Shown here in pieces: positions 44,442 to 54,501 of a DNA stretch of 64,000 bases. Within the stretch, counting starts at the first letter, position 1. The number at the start of each line of letters is the position of its first letter. A program made the translations under genes and the position numbers. The DNA is from Deltaproteobacteria bacterium (GTDB lineage: Bacteria; Desulfobacterota; Syntrophia; Syntrophales; UBA5619): positions 6,812 to 70,811 of the forward strand of contig JAKAFS010000002.1 in the NCBI GenBank assembly GCA_021817825.1. Reading direction: 5' to 3'. Under the pieces are notes generated by a model. It was not told where the DNA came from. It made no database searches and saw only the letters and a program-made list of their open reading frames with translations.

Positions 44442-45056
44442 TCAATGCAGGATCGTTCCGATCCGATTCCAGCGCACCCAGTGGTCCTCGCTGTTCCAGG
44501 ACCAATAGATGACCAGGGCCTTTCCCAGGATGTCCTCTTGTTTGACGAATCCCCAGAAGCGGCTGTCGTAGCTTTCATCCCGGTTGTCCCCCATGACGAA
44601 AATCGATCCTGTCGGGACCGTCACGGGGCCGAAATTGTCCCGGGGCTGCACGGCCCCGGGGATGACGAGGCGGTCCGAATGGACGCCGTGGGTGTCGTCC
44701 TTCCAGGGCTGGCCGTTCAGGAAGATCTGCTTGTCCCGGACTTCGACGGTGTCGCCGGGCAGCCCGACCAGCCGCTTGATGAAATCCTTGGAACGGTCTT
44801 CGGGATAGATGAACACCAGGATGTCTCCCCGTTTCGGCGTCCCGATGGGGATCAGGGTCGTCCGGAGGAAGGGGAGCTTGACCCCGTAATTGAACTTGCT
44901 CACCAGGATGTGGTCGCCGATCTGGAGCGTCGGTTTCATCGATCCCGAAGGGATTTTGTAGGCCTGGATGACGAAGGTGCGAATGAAAAAAGCGATCACG
45001 ACGGCGATGACGATCGCTTCGATGTATTCCTGCACTTTGGATTTTGGTTTGCTCAT
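44442..45056 (-). CDS. lepB: signal peptidase I
   Basis: IPSGSMKPTL (catalytic Ser), RGDILVF, KRLVGLPGD (catalytic Lys) and FVMGDNRDESYDSR. Confidence 0.93.
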   Translation of the reverse strand: MSKPKSKVQEYIEAIVIAVVIAFFIRTFVIQAYKIPSGSMKPTLQIGDHILVSKFNYGVKLPFLRTTLIPIGTPKRGDILVFIYPEDRSKDFIKRLVGLPGDTVEVRDKQIFLNGQPWKDDTHGVHSDRLVIPGAVQPRDNFGPVTVPTGSIFVMGDNRDESYDSRFWGFVKQEDILGKALVIYWSWNSEDHWVRWNRIGTILH

Positions 45057-45066
45057 AGAACTTTCC

Positions 45067-45579
45067 TTAAGAATAGGCGCTGGTTAACGTGATGATGACC
45101 ATGATCAGGGAAAAAAATCCCTTGACGCAGATCCCCGCCGTGCGGCCCAGAATGACTCCCCAGGCCTCGCGGAGGTTCGGTTTGAGAGCGTTGCGCTGGA
45201 GCAGCTCCGCCACGAGCATGCCCGCCAGACCCCCTAAAAAGGCGCCGACGATCAGTCCCAGGCCCAGGAGGAAGGGGGTCAAGACAAAGGCGCCCACGCT
45301 CCCTCCCAGGAGGAAGGAAAGAAAGGCGCTGCGGGAAAGCCCGAACTTCAGGGCCACCGACATGCCGACGGCGAAATCGACGATCTCCGCAAGCACCGTC
45401 AGGACCAGCAGGGTGAGGAGCACCTTGAAGCCGATCCGCTCGAACCCCGTCAGCGCTGCGTAGAGGAACGCATCGCTGAGGATGATGATCGTCCCCGGCA
45501 GGCCGAAGAGGATGGAGAAGGCGCCGAACAGGAGCGTCAGGATGAAAAGGGTCAGTCCGCCGATCTCCAATGGGGTCAA
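45067..45579 (-). CDS. DUF456-like integral membrane protein
   Basis: Hydrophobic 170-aa product with a GLPGTIIIL motif. There is no in-frame ATG downstream of the secF stop, so the likely start is the TTG at 45579, 1 nt after that stop. The start is uncertain. Confidence 0.55.
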   Translation of the reverse strand: MTPLEIGGLTLFILTLLFGAFSILFGLPGTIIILSDAFLYAALTGFERIGFKVLLTLLVLTVLAEIVDFAVGMSVALKFGLSRSAFLSFLLGGSVGAFVLTPFLLGLGLIVGAFLGGLAGMLVAELLQRNALKPNLREAWGVILGRTAGICVKGFFSLIMVIITLTSAYS

Positions 45580-45580
45580 A

Positions 45581-46492
45581 TTAGGCCTTCCTCTTGAGCC
45601 CCGTGGGCTTGATCTTTTCGAAGAGCAGCACGATCGGACTGGCGATAAAAACCGTCGAGTAGACGCCGGCGACGGTGCCCACCAAGAGCGCAAAGGTGAA
45701 GTCATGGATGACGGCGCCGCCGAAGAAGAACAGGATGAGCAGCACCATAAAAACCGTCAGGGAGGTCAGAATGGTCCGGCTGAGCGTCTGGTTCACGCTC
45801 ATGTTGATGACGTCCATGAGCGGCATCTTGATGTTCTTCTTCGAATTTTCCCGGATCCGGTCGAAGATGACGATCGTGTCGTTGATCGAAAATCCGATGA
45901 TGGTCAACAGGGCCGCCACGATGTTGAGGTCGAACTCCTTGTTGAAGAGGGACAGGAAGGTGATCGTGACCAGGACGTCATGGATCAGCGAAACGATGCC
46001 GCCCAGGGCGTAGCGGAATTCGAACCGCACCCCCACATAGATCAGGATGCCGAGCCAGGAAAAGACGATGGCCAGGAGGGCCTTCCGGGTCAGGTCCTTG
46101 CCGACCTTGGGACCCACGATTTCAATCCGCCGGATCTCGTAGACCCCTTTGCCGAAGGCGGTGGTAAGGGCCTCGTCGATCCGTGCCGTTAAATTTTTGG
46201 GATCGGCGCCCGATTCCGCCGTCCGGACGATCACCTCGTTGGGGCCGAACTGCTGGATGATGCTCCCCTCGAAGCCTGCCGTCTTGAAGGCGGCGCGGAT
46301 CTTGTCGGCGTTGGGTTCGGCCTGGAACTTGACCTGGATCAGGGAGCCTCCCGCAAAATCGATGCCGTAGTTGGGTCCCCCATGCCAGATCAACGAGCCG
46401 ATGCCGATGAGGATCACGGCGATCGACAGGATCGTGGCGGACTTCATCAGTCTGACGAAATTGAAATGCGTTTCCGCTTTAATGATTTCCAT
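45581..46492 (-). CDS. secF: protein translocase subunit SecF
   Basis: HFNFVRLMK..., GIDFAGG and SINDTIVIFDRIREN. SD AGGAGAA precedes the ATG at 46492. Confidence 0.95.
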   Translation of the reverse strand: MEIIKAETHFNFVRLMKSATILSIAVILIGIGSLIWHGGPNYGIDFAGGSLIQVKFQAEPNADKIRAAFKTAGFEGSIIQQFGPNEVIVRTAESGADPKNLTARIDEALTTAFGKGVYEIRRIEIVGPKVGKDLTRKALLAIVFSWLGILIYVGVRFEFRYALGGIVSLIHDVLVTITFLSLFNKEFDLNIVAALLTIIGFSINDTIVIFDRIRENSKKNIKMPLMDVINMSVNQTLSRTILTSLTVFMVLLILFFFGGAVIHDFTFALLVGTVAGVYSTVFIASPIVLLFEKIKPTGLKRKA

Positions 46493-46563
46493 TACATTCT
46501 CCTAAAAACAAAAAGCGCCCGATGGCTCGTCCGGGGACGAGCCGCCGGCCCGCATCCGTCCCC

Positions 46564-48165
46564 TTAGATGCCGATCTTCTGGACCTTCCGGTTCCAAATC
46601 AGGTAGTCAAAGATGATCCGCGTGACGAAGACGGCGGTGAACATGCTGACCACGATACCGATGGTCAATGTCACGGCAAACCCTTTCACCGGGCCGGTCC
46701 CGAAACCGAAGAGGAACAGGGCCGCCACGAGGGTCGTCACGTTGGAGTCGAAGATCGTCAGGAAGGCCTTCGCGTAGCCGGCCTCGACGGCGGCGCGCAG
46801 CGTTTTCCCCAGGCGCATCTCCTCGCGGATCCGCTCGTTGATCAGGACGTTGGCATCGACGGCCATGCCGATGGTGAGCACGATGCCCGCGATGCCGGGA
46901 AGGGTCAGGGTCGCCTTGAAGGCGGCCATGATGCCCAAAAGCAGCAGCATGTTCATCGCCAACGCCACATCGGCAATCATGCCCGTCGTCCGGTAGTAGA
47001 AGACCATGAACAGGAGGATCAGGAGGCCCGCGATAATGCTGGCCCAGGTTCCCTTGTCGATGGAATCCTGACCGAGGGAGGGACCGACGGTCCGCTCCTC
47101 AAGGATATTGACCGGGGCGGGCAGGGCGCCGGCCCTAAGAACGATGGCCAGGTCGGTCGCCTCCTCCATGGTGAAGGAGCCGGTGATCTGGGCCTGGCCT
47201 CCGGAGATCCGTTCCTGAATGACCGGGGCCGAATGGACGACGCCGTCCAGGATGATCGCGAGACGCTTCTTGACGTTTTCACCGGTGATCCGGTCGAAAT
47301 CCTTGGCCCCCTGGGCGTTGAACTTGATGGAGACGTTCGGTTCGCCGAAGCGATCCGAGATCTGGACCTTGGCACTCTCCAGCCCTTCGCCGGTCAGGAG
47401 GGACTTGTTTTTCAGGAGGATCGGAATCTGGGACCGGCGACCCGAATCCCGGTCGATGCGCGATTCATAGGCGACCACATCGCCGTCGGGGATGTTCCCC
47501 TTGAGGGCGTCATCGAGGCTGTGCTCGTCGTCGACGAGCTTGAATTCCAGCATCGCGGTCCGGCCGATCAGGCTTTTGGCCCGCGTCGTATCCTTGACGC
47601 CCGGCAACTGGACGATGATCCGGTCGATGCCCTGGGGGATGATCTCCGGCTCCGAGATGCCGAACTGATCGACGCGGTTGCGGATGGTCTCCAGGCTCTG
47701 CTCGACGGCCATCTTCTTGATGTCGGCGGCCCGCTTGTCCTTGATCTTCAGGGAGACCAGCGCCTTGCTGTCCGCTGTTTCGGACGTGGCGATCTCCAGA
47801 TCGGGATATTCGTTTTTCAGCAGTTTGTCGAAGGCGTCGCGCGCGGCGGCGTCGGGGAACTGGAACGCCGCGCTCCGGTCCTTGGTCGGCTCCTGAAGGC
47901 GGAAGCGAATCCGCTTGTCCATGAGGTTTTCCTTCAGATCGTTGATGGACCTCTCCAGGGTGCTCTCCACCGCCTTGGCGGTTTCCACCTCCAGAACGAG
48001 GTGCATGCCTCCCTGGAGGTCCAGTCCCAGGTGGATCTTGTCCGTCGGGAGGTATTTCTTCCACGCGTCGGGAAGATCGGGGGTCAGGGTGGGCGCCAGA
48101 TAGACGAACGCAGCCAGGCAAAGAACGATCGTGACGGCGGTCCTGATGCGGATGCTATTGAACAT
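46564..48165 (-). CDS. secD: protein translocase subunit SecD
   Basis: LGLDLQGG, a periplasmic P1 domain, SLGQDSI and AVDANVLINERIREE. Confidence 0.95.
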   Translation of the reverse strand: MFNSIRIRTAVTIVLCLAAFVYLAPTLTPDLPDAWKKYLPTDKIHLGLDLQGGMHLVLEVETAKAVESTLERSINDLKENLMDKRIRFRLQEPTKDRSAAFQFPDAAARDAFDKLLKNEYPDLEIATSETADSKALVSLKIKDKRAADIKKMAVEQSLETIRNRVDQFGISEPEIIPQGIDRIIVQLPGVKDTTRAKSLIGRTAMLEFKLVDDEHSLDDALKGNIPDGDVVAYESRIDRDSGRRSQIPILLKNKSLLTGEGLESAKVQISDRFGEPNVSIKFNAQGAKDFDRITGENVKKRLAIILDGVVHSAPVIQERISGGQAQITGSFTMEEATDLAIVLRAGALPAPVNILEERTVGPSLGQDSIDKGTWASIIAGLLILLFMVFYYRTTGMIADVALAMNMLLLLGIMAAFKATLTLPGIAGIVLTIGMAVDANVLINERIREEMRLGKTLRAAVEAGYAKAFLTIFDSNVTTLVAALFLFGFGTGPVKGFAVTLTIGIVVSMFTAVFVTRIIFDYLIWNRKVQKIGI

Positions 48166-48183
48166 GGTTTACCCCTTTCAGGA

Positions 48184-48528
48184 TTATTCCTTGGGCGCCT
48201 TTTGCAGGACGGTAGCGATAAAATTACGTCCGACCTTGATCTTGATCTTGTCGGCGATCTCGATGGTCACGACCGTGTCCGTGAGCCCGGCAACCTTGCC
48301 CTGGATGCCGCCTGCGGTCATCACCAAATCCCCATGGGCCAGATTGGCGATCATGTCTTTTACTTCCTTTTGTTTTTTCTGCTGCGGCCGGATCATGAGG
48401 AAATAGAAGATGGCAAAAAGCACGGCCATCATGATGATAAAGCTGAAATCACCGCCGCCGGCGGCGCCTCCTCCCCCTCCCTGGGTCCCCATTGCATAAG
48501 CCAGATTCGTCACGGTCAATCCCTCCAT
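48184..48528 (-). CDS. yajC: preprotein translocase subunit YajC
   Basis: FLMIRPQQKKQKE...GD.V.T.GG..G.V core. The true start is possibly the GTG at 48513, preceded by GGAGGG, rather than the ATG at 48528. Confidence 0.85.
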   Translation of the reverse strand: MEGLTVTNLAYAMGTQGGGGGAAGGGDFSFIIMMAVLFAIFYFLMIRPQQKKQKEVKDMIANLAHGDLVMTAGGIQGKVAGLTDTVVTIEIADKIKIKVGRNFIATVLQKAPKE

Positions 48529-48568
48529 TTATAGTGATGTCATTTATATCTGTGATAGAGCGCCCCGA

Positions 48569-49699
<1,131 letters not shown>

Positions 49700-50737
49700 C
49701 TATAGGATCAACATGCAGTCTCCGTAGCTGTAGAAGCGGAGACGGTTTTCGATTGCAACCCGGTAGGCCTCGTGCACCAAGTTCCGGCCCGCGAAGGCGC
49801 AAACGAGCAGAAAAAGCGAAGATTGGGGGAGGTGGAAGTTGGTCACCAGGGCATCGACACGGCGAAAGCGATACCCGGGGTAGACGAACAGGCGGGTGGC
49901 TCCGGTCGCGGGCCGCATCCGTCCGGCTTCGTCGGAGACCGATTCGAGGACCCGGGTCGCCGTGGTTCCGACGGCGATCACCCGTTGGGCTGCATTGATC
50001 TGCTCCGCCGCCTCGGCGCCGACGGAATAGCGCTCCTCTTCCATGACGTGGTCTTCGACGCGCGTCGCCTCAATGGGCAGAAAGGTCCCGTAACCGACAT
50101 GGAGCGTCACGGGGGCCACGGCCGCGCCCCGCTGTTTCAATTCGGCGAGGACCTCTTCCGAAAAATGGAGCCCCGCCGTCGGAGCGGCCACCGAGCCGCT
50201 CACCTGGGCGTAGACCGTTTGATACCGTTCCAGATCCTGTTCCGAGCGGGACTTGTCCCTGCGGCGCTTGATGTAAGGCGGCAAGGGCGCCCTGCCTTGT
50301 TGGGCCAGGAAGTCCTGGAAGGGCATCGGGGTTGCGAAGGTCAGCAGCCATTGCTTTTCCGAGCGCCGGCGGACGATCCGGGCCTGGCATCCTGCGTCGA
50401 AGCGGATGACCATCCCTTCGGCGACCCGTTTTGCGGGACGCAGGAGGACCTCCCAGGTTTCATCGGCCGATTCGAGGGGCTGCCGGGAAAGGAGCAGGAT
50501 TTCGATCAGGCCGCCGGTCTCCTTCCGGCCGATGAGGCGGGCGGGAAAGACCCGGGAGTCGTTGACGACGACCACGTCGCCCCGGCCCAGAAAGTTGGGC
50601 AGGTCGCGGAAGGAAAGGATCTCGATGGCGCCGGTTTTGCGGGAAACCACCATCATCCGGGATCGGTCCCGGACCGCGACCGGTTCCTGGGCGATCAGCT
50701 CCTCGGGAAGATCGTATGAGAACTCTTCTAATTGCAT
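49700..50737 (-). CDS. queA: S-adenosylmethionine:tRNA ribosyltransferase-isomerase
   Basis: FSYDLPEELIAQEP, PLPPYI, GSVAAPTAGLHF, VGTTATR and FLLVCAF. Confidence 0.96.
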   Translation of the reverse strand: MQLEEFSYDLPEELIAQEPVAVRDRSRMMVVSRKTGAIEILSFRDLPNFLGRGDVVVVNDSRVFPARLIGRKETGGLIEILLLSRQPLESADETWEVLLRPAKRVAEGMVIRFDAGCQARIVRRRSEKQWLLTFATPMPFQDFLAQQGRAPLPPYIKRRRDKSRSEQDLERYQTVYAQVSGSVAAPTAGLHFSEEVLAELKQRGAAVAPVTLHVGYGTFLPIEATRVEDHVMEEERYSVGAEAAEQINAAQRVIAVGTTATRVLESVSDEAGRMRPATGATRLFVYPGYRFRRVDALVTNFHLPQSSLFLLVCAFAGRNLVHEAYRVAIENRLRFYSYGDCMLIL

Positions 50738-50814
50738 GGTTTCCTACGCCGCCTGTCGAACAAAAGTGGGGCACATAAGCACAAAGAAAGACACAAAGTC
50801 AATGAGATTTGAGG

Positions 50815-51000
50815 TTATTGCGTCCCGAAGTAGACCAGCGCCAGACCGATGACGACGGCCAGGGCGCCCATGATCCGGAGATGCGCGTCGGAAACGGCCG
50901 CCAATTTCAGAAGGTACTGCTTGATCCGTTCCGGGAAGGTCATGTAGGGGAGTCCTTCGACGACGAAGACCATGCCGATGACGCAGAGAAAGTATTTCAT
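50815..51000 (-). CDS. DUF2065 (YjeT-like) small membrane protein
   Basis: 61 aa. VVEGLPYMTFPERIKQYL...DAHLRIMGALAVVIGLALVY parallels E. coli YjeT. The ATG at 51000 overlaps the mazG stop (ATGA). Confidence 0.75.
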   Translation of the reverse strand: MKYFLCVIGMVFVVEGLPYMTFPERIKQYLLKLAAVSDAHLRIMGALAVVIGLALVYFGTQ

Positions 51001-51812
51001 TTTGCCGCAGGCGTTCCTTTCTTTTTGGCTTCCTTCCAGAGGGCGTCCATCTCGGCGAGATCGGATTCTGCCGGTGTTTTTCCCCGGGCCGCCAACGCCT
51101 GCTCGATATAGGCAAAGCGGGTGACGAACTTATCCAGCGAGCCCCGCAGCGCCGCTTCCGCGTCGGCATGGGCGAACCGGCAGAGGTTGACCGCCGTAAA
51201 GAGAAGATCGCCCGCCTCTTCCCGTATCCGTCCGGGATCGCCTGCCGCCAGGGCCGCCTTGAATTCGGCGAGTTCCTCTTCCATCTTTTCCAGCGCTCCG
51301 GAAGGAGAAGGCCAGTCGAATCCGAGGGCCGACGCCCGGGTCGTGATCCGCTGCGCCTTCATCAGGGTGGAAAGGGACCGGGAGAGGCCGGCGCTGAGGG
51401 CGGTTTCCTGTTTCCCCTTGTGCTCGACTTCCCGCTTGATCCGTTCCCAGTTGCGGTTCACGTCGTCGCAACCGTTCACCTTGACGTCGCCAAAGACGTG
51501 GGGATGGCGGCGGATCATCTTGGTCGTGATCCCCTCCAGCACCGCCGCGAAGTCGAACTGACCCGCTTCTTCGGCCATCCGGGCGAGAAAGAGGATCTGA
51601 AAGAGGAGATCCCCGAGTTCTTCCTGAAGCGCTTCCGGGGAGGCGGACTCCAGGGCGTCGAGGACCTCGTAGCATTCCTCGATCAGGTAGCGGCCGATAT
51701 CCTCGGGTTTGCGGGAGCGGTCCCAGGGACAGCCTTCCGGGGATCTCAGCCGGGCGACCAGGGCCAACAGCGACCGGAGCTTTTCTTCCGCCGGCATTGT
51801 AAGTGTTTCCAT
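50997..51812 (-). CDS. mazG: nucleoside triphosphate pyrophosphohydrolase MazG (two-domain)
   Basis: GCPWDR, EECYEV..A, ELGDLLFQ, and a second MazG repeat EEAGDLLF. Confidence 0.9.
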   Translation of the reverse strand: METLTMPAEEKLRSLLALVARLRSPEGCPWDRSRKPEDIGRYLIEECYEVLDALESASPEALQEELGDLLFQILFLARMAEEAGQFDFAAVLEGITTKMIRRHPHVFGDVKVNGCDDVNRNWERIKREVEHKGKQETALSAGLSRSLSTLMKAQRITTRASALGFDWPSPSGALEKMEEELAEFKAALAAGDPGRIREEAGDLLFTAVNLCRFAHADAEAALRGSLDKFVTRFAYIEQALAARGKTPAESDLAEMDALWKEAKKKGTPAAK

Positions 51813-52104
51813 AGGGTTAGCAACCGTCCATTCATTTCCGGGCGCCCTTTGCGCCGGTCCCTAGGGGCGGTATATATGGGCCCGCACCGGGGTGTCAAGA
51901 TGAAAAAAGTCCGGGCGGATTTCCCGCAGCCCTGCTGCATTCGAGCCCGCGGAGCCGAGAGCCGCAATTCCTGCTTGCGCGGGAGGGACAAAAAAGGTAA
52001 ACCTGCAACGCTCTTCAGAGGCCGGCAAAAAGCGTGACCGCCGGCCGCGGACGATCAGGCCGCGACATTGGGGATATTCGAACGCCATAGGAAGGAAAAA
52101 AACG

Positions 52105-52731
52105 ATGGACAAGGACAATTTTCTGGAACCCCTGTTGACGGGGGACACGGAGACGCTGGTCAGGGAAACCCAAAAAGCCCTGGAGGAGGGGAATGGGCCG
52201 GAAGGGGTTCTCCAGGAGGGGTTGATTCCCGCCATGGGAGTGGTCGGGGAGCAGTTCCGCAACGGCGAGATCTATATCCCCGAAGTCCTGCTCGCCGCCC
52301 GTTCCATGCACGGGGCGATGGCGGTTCTGAAGCCTTTTCTCGTGCGGACTGCCGGGGGCGGCGCGGGGAAGGTCGTCATCGGCACCGTGAAGGGCGACCT
52401 CCATGACATCGGCAAGAACCTCGTCGTCATGATGATGGAGGGCGGGGGGTATGAGGTGGTGGACCTCGGCGCCGATGTGGCCGCCGAACGGTTCGTCGAG
52501 GCGGTCCGGACCCACAAGCCCGCCTTTGTCGGCCTCTCCGCCCTGCTGACGACGACGATGAAAGAGATGCGCCAGACCCTTCTGGCCCTCGAAAAGGCGG
52601 AACTGCGCAAGTCCGTGCGGGTCATCGTCGGCGGGGCGCCGGTGACGGCGAAATTCGCCGCCGAGATCGGCGCCGACGGCTTCGCTCCCGACGCCACGTC
52701 GGTCGTGGCGCTGATGAAATCGCTCGGCTGA
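52105..52731 (+). CDS. cobalamin-binding corrinoid protein (methyltransferase cognate corrinoid protein type, MtbC/MtaC-like)
   Basis: N-terminal B12-binding_2 helical cap. The Rossmann domain has the base-off/His-on motif GDLHDIGKN (DxHxxG), SALLTTT and VGGA. Confidence 0.85.
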   Translation: MDKDNFLEPLLTGDTETLVRETQKALEEGNGPEGVLQEGLIPAMGVVGEQFRNGEIYIPEVLLAARSMHGAMAVLKPFLVRTAGGGAGKVVIGTVKGDLHDIGKNLVVMMMEGGGYEVVDLGADVAAERFVEAVRTHKPAFVGLSALLTTTMKEMRQTLLALEKAELRKSVRVIVGGAPVTAKFAAEIGADGFAPDATSVVALMKSLG

Positions 52732-52782
52732 ACCGGTCCCGCCCGAAGTCGGGAGCGGTTCAGTTCCGAGGCTTGTCCGCGG

Positions 52783-53178
52783 TTATTTCTCCAGAGGCCA
52801 CTCGCCGCGCTCGATGAGGACCTCCCGGTACACCGTCAACGCCTCGTTGACGGCGGGCATCCCCGCATAGGTTGCGGCCTGGAAGAAGACCTCGGTCAGC
52901 TTCTTGGGGTCGCAGCCGACGTTCAGGGCGGCGTTGACGTGGAGCTTCAACTCGTCGGTGGCCCGCAGCGCCGTCAGAACGGCGCAGGCGACCATCTGCC
53001 GTTCCGGCAAGGTCAGCACGGTCCGGGAGTAGAGGTTGCCGGTGATGAAGCGGGAAAAGTCGTTGGCCAGGTCCCGGTCGAAGGCTTTCCAGAGCAGGTA
53101 GGGCGGATCCATCTTGACCCCTCCTGCAAACAGTTTCTTCGCCGTTTCCTGGGTTTTCTCGGTGATTGCATCTGCCAT
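52783..53178 (-). CDS. carboxymuconolactone decarboxylase (AhpD-like) family protein
   Basis: CMD-domain pattern LPERQMVACAVLTALRATDELKLHVNAAL..G....L.EV..QAATYAGMPA. There is no CxxC. SD AAGGAGAA precedes the ATG at 53178. Confidence 0.78.
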   Translation of the reverse strand: MADAITEKTQETAKKLFAGGVKMDPPYLLWKAFDRDLANDFSRFITGNLYSRTVLTLPERQMVACAVLTALRATDELKLHVNAALNVGCDPKKLTEVFFQAATYAGMPAVNEALTVYREVLIERGEWPLEK

Positions 53179-53190
53179 GGTTCTTCTCCT

Positions 53191-54501
53191 TTACTTGACT
53201 AAAAAGATATTTCGTTCCCGATCCTGCAAATAGACCCGGTCATGCTTTCCCCGGTTGGTCTTGGCGAAGAACATTTCGCCGTTTTTGCGGCACTCCGGGC
53301 AGCAACGGCCGGGCAGAATGACGGCAAAGATCCGCGTTCCCGTATCGGCCGCGGATTCGATCATCACCAGCCCCCCGCAGTCGTCGCAGAGACGCACCGT
53401 CTCTTCCTGATGCTCGCTGATGCCGTCGGTGTCGTAATAGATGAATTTCTTCCGTCGGGCGTAGCCGGCGTTCTCGAACAGCTTTTTCTTCAGGTCATGC
53501 CGATCCTTCCAGAGGGCCAGCACTTCCGTGATCTCCGCTTCGATGGCCTGGGTGGTGGCGGCGGACTGACGGAGCGCGGCGGGGTTGTAGTCCGGTTCCA
53601 GGACCCGGCTGTAATCGAGGCCCGCCATGGCCAGAATGATCCCCACATTCACATAGGGAAGGGCCTTTTCGATCGAGTAGCCGCCCTCCAGAACGGCGAT
53701 GTGGGGGGCGAGCCGTTCGTTGAGGCGGGCATACCCCTGGGCGGAGATGCGCATGTCGGTGAGCGGATCGGTGTAATGGTTGTCCTGGCCGGCGGAATTG
53801 ATGATGAGGTCCGGCTGAAATTCATCGAGGATCGGCAGGATGACCCGGTCGAGCACCATGTGCAGCCCCTCGTCGGAGGTCTGGGGGGGAAGCGGGATGT
53901 TGATCGTGGACCCCAGGGCGTTCGGCCCGCCGAACTCGTCGCGGAAACCGGTGCCCGGGTAGAGGGTCCGTCCGTCCTGATGGAGGGAGATGCAGAGGGT
54001 GTCCGGATCGTTCCAGTAGATGTCCTGGGTTCCGTCGCCATGGTGACAGTCCGTATCCACCACGGCGATCCGTTTGGGACCGTAATGGCTCCGGATGTGC
54101 TCGATCATGATCGCTTCGATGTTGATGTTGCAGAAACCGCGGGCGCCGTGGACGACGAGCATCGCATGGTGGCCCGGCGGCCGGACCAGCGCGAAGGCAT
54201 TGTCCACCAGGCCGGAGAGAACCTTGTCGGCCGCCGTGATGGCGCCGCCCGCCGAAATGAGGTGCGATTCGGTGACGACGTTTTGGACATCAGGGACGCA
54301 GATATGGGCGCGGCGGATGTCCTCGACGGTGGCCAGTCCCGGCTTGTATTCGCAGATGCCGTCGATGTCCAGGAGCCCCTCTTCGAAAACCTGGTCCTGG
54401 GTATAGAGAAGGCGTTCCTCCCGCTCCGGGTGATTGGGAGAGATGGCCCAGTCGAAGGCCGGGAAAAAGACCAGTCCGGTGCGTCGCTTCGCTGTCGGCA
54501 T
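53191..54501 (-). CDS. histone deacetylase-fold amidohydrolase (AcuC/APAH-like) with an extra C-terminal Cys4 domain
   Basis: HDAC catalytic motifs RPPGHHA, DTDCHHGDGTQ and LEGGYS. The C-terminal ~90 aa contain CDDCGG...CCPEC. The ATG at 54501 shares 1 nt with the upstream stop (TGATG). Confidence 0.88.
   Translation of the reverse strand: MPTAKRRTGLVFFPAFDWAISPNHPEREERLLYTQDQVFEEGLLDIDGICEYKPGLATVEDIRRAHICVPDVQNVVTESHLISAGGAITAADKVLSGLVDNAFALVRPPGHHAMLVVHGARGFCNINIEAIMIEHIRSHYGPKRIAVVDTDCHHGDGTQDIYWNDPDTLCISLHQDGRTLYPGTGFRDEFGGPNALGSTINIPLPPQTSDEGLHMVLDRVILPILDEFQPDLIINSAGQDNHYTDPLTDMRISAQGYARLNERLAPHIAVLEGGYSIEKALPYVNVGIILAMAGLDYSRVLEPDYNPAALRQSAATTQAIEAEITEVLALWKDRHDLKKKLFENAGYARRKKFIYYDTDGISEHQEETVRLCDDCGGLVMIESAADTGTRIFAVILPGRCCPECRKNGEMFFAKTNRGKHDRVYLQDRERNIFLVK

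Noticed and set aside
51890-52030. Possible cobalamin riboswitch upstream of the corrinoid protein gene
   Set aside because: Only partial resemblance is present (GGGCGGAUUUCCC hairpin, GGGAGGGA, ACCUGC). The conserved GCCACUG core, a proper B12 box and a closing P1 helix could not be found by eye. It needs an Infernal search (RF00174) before any call.
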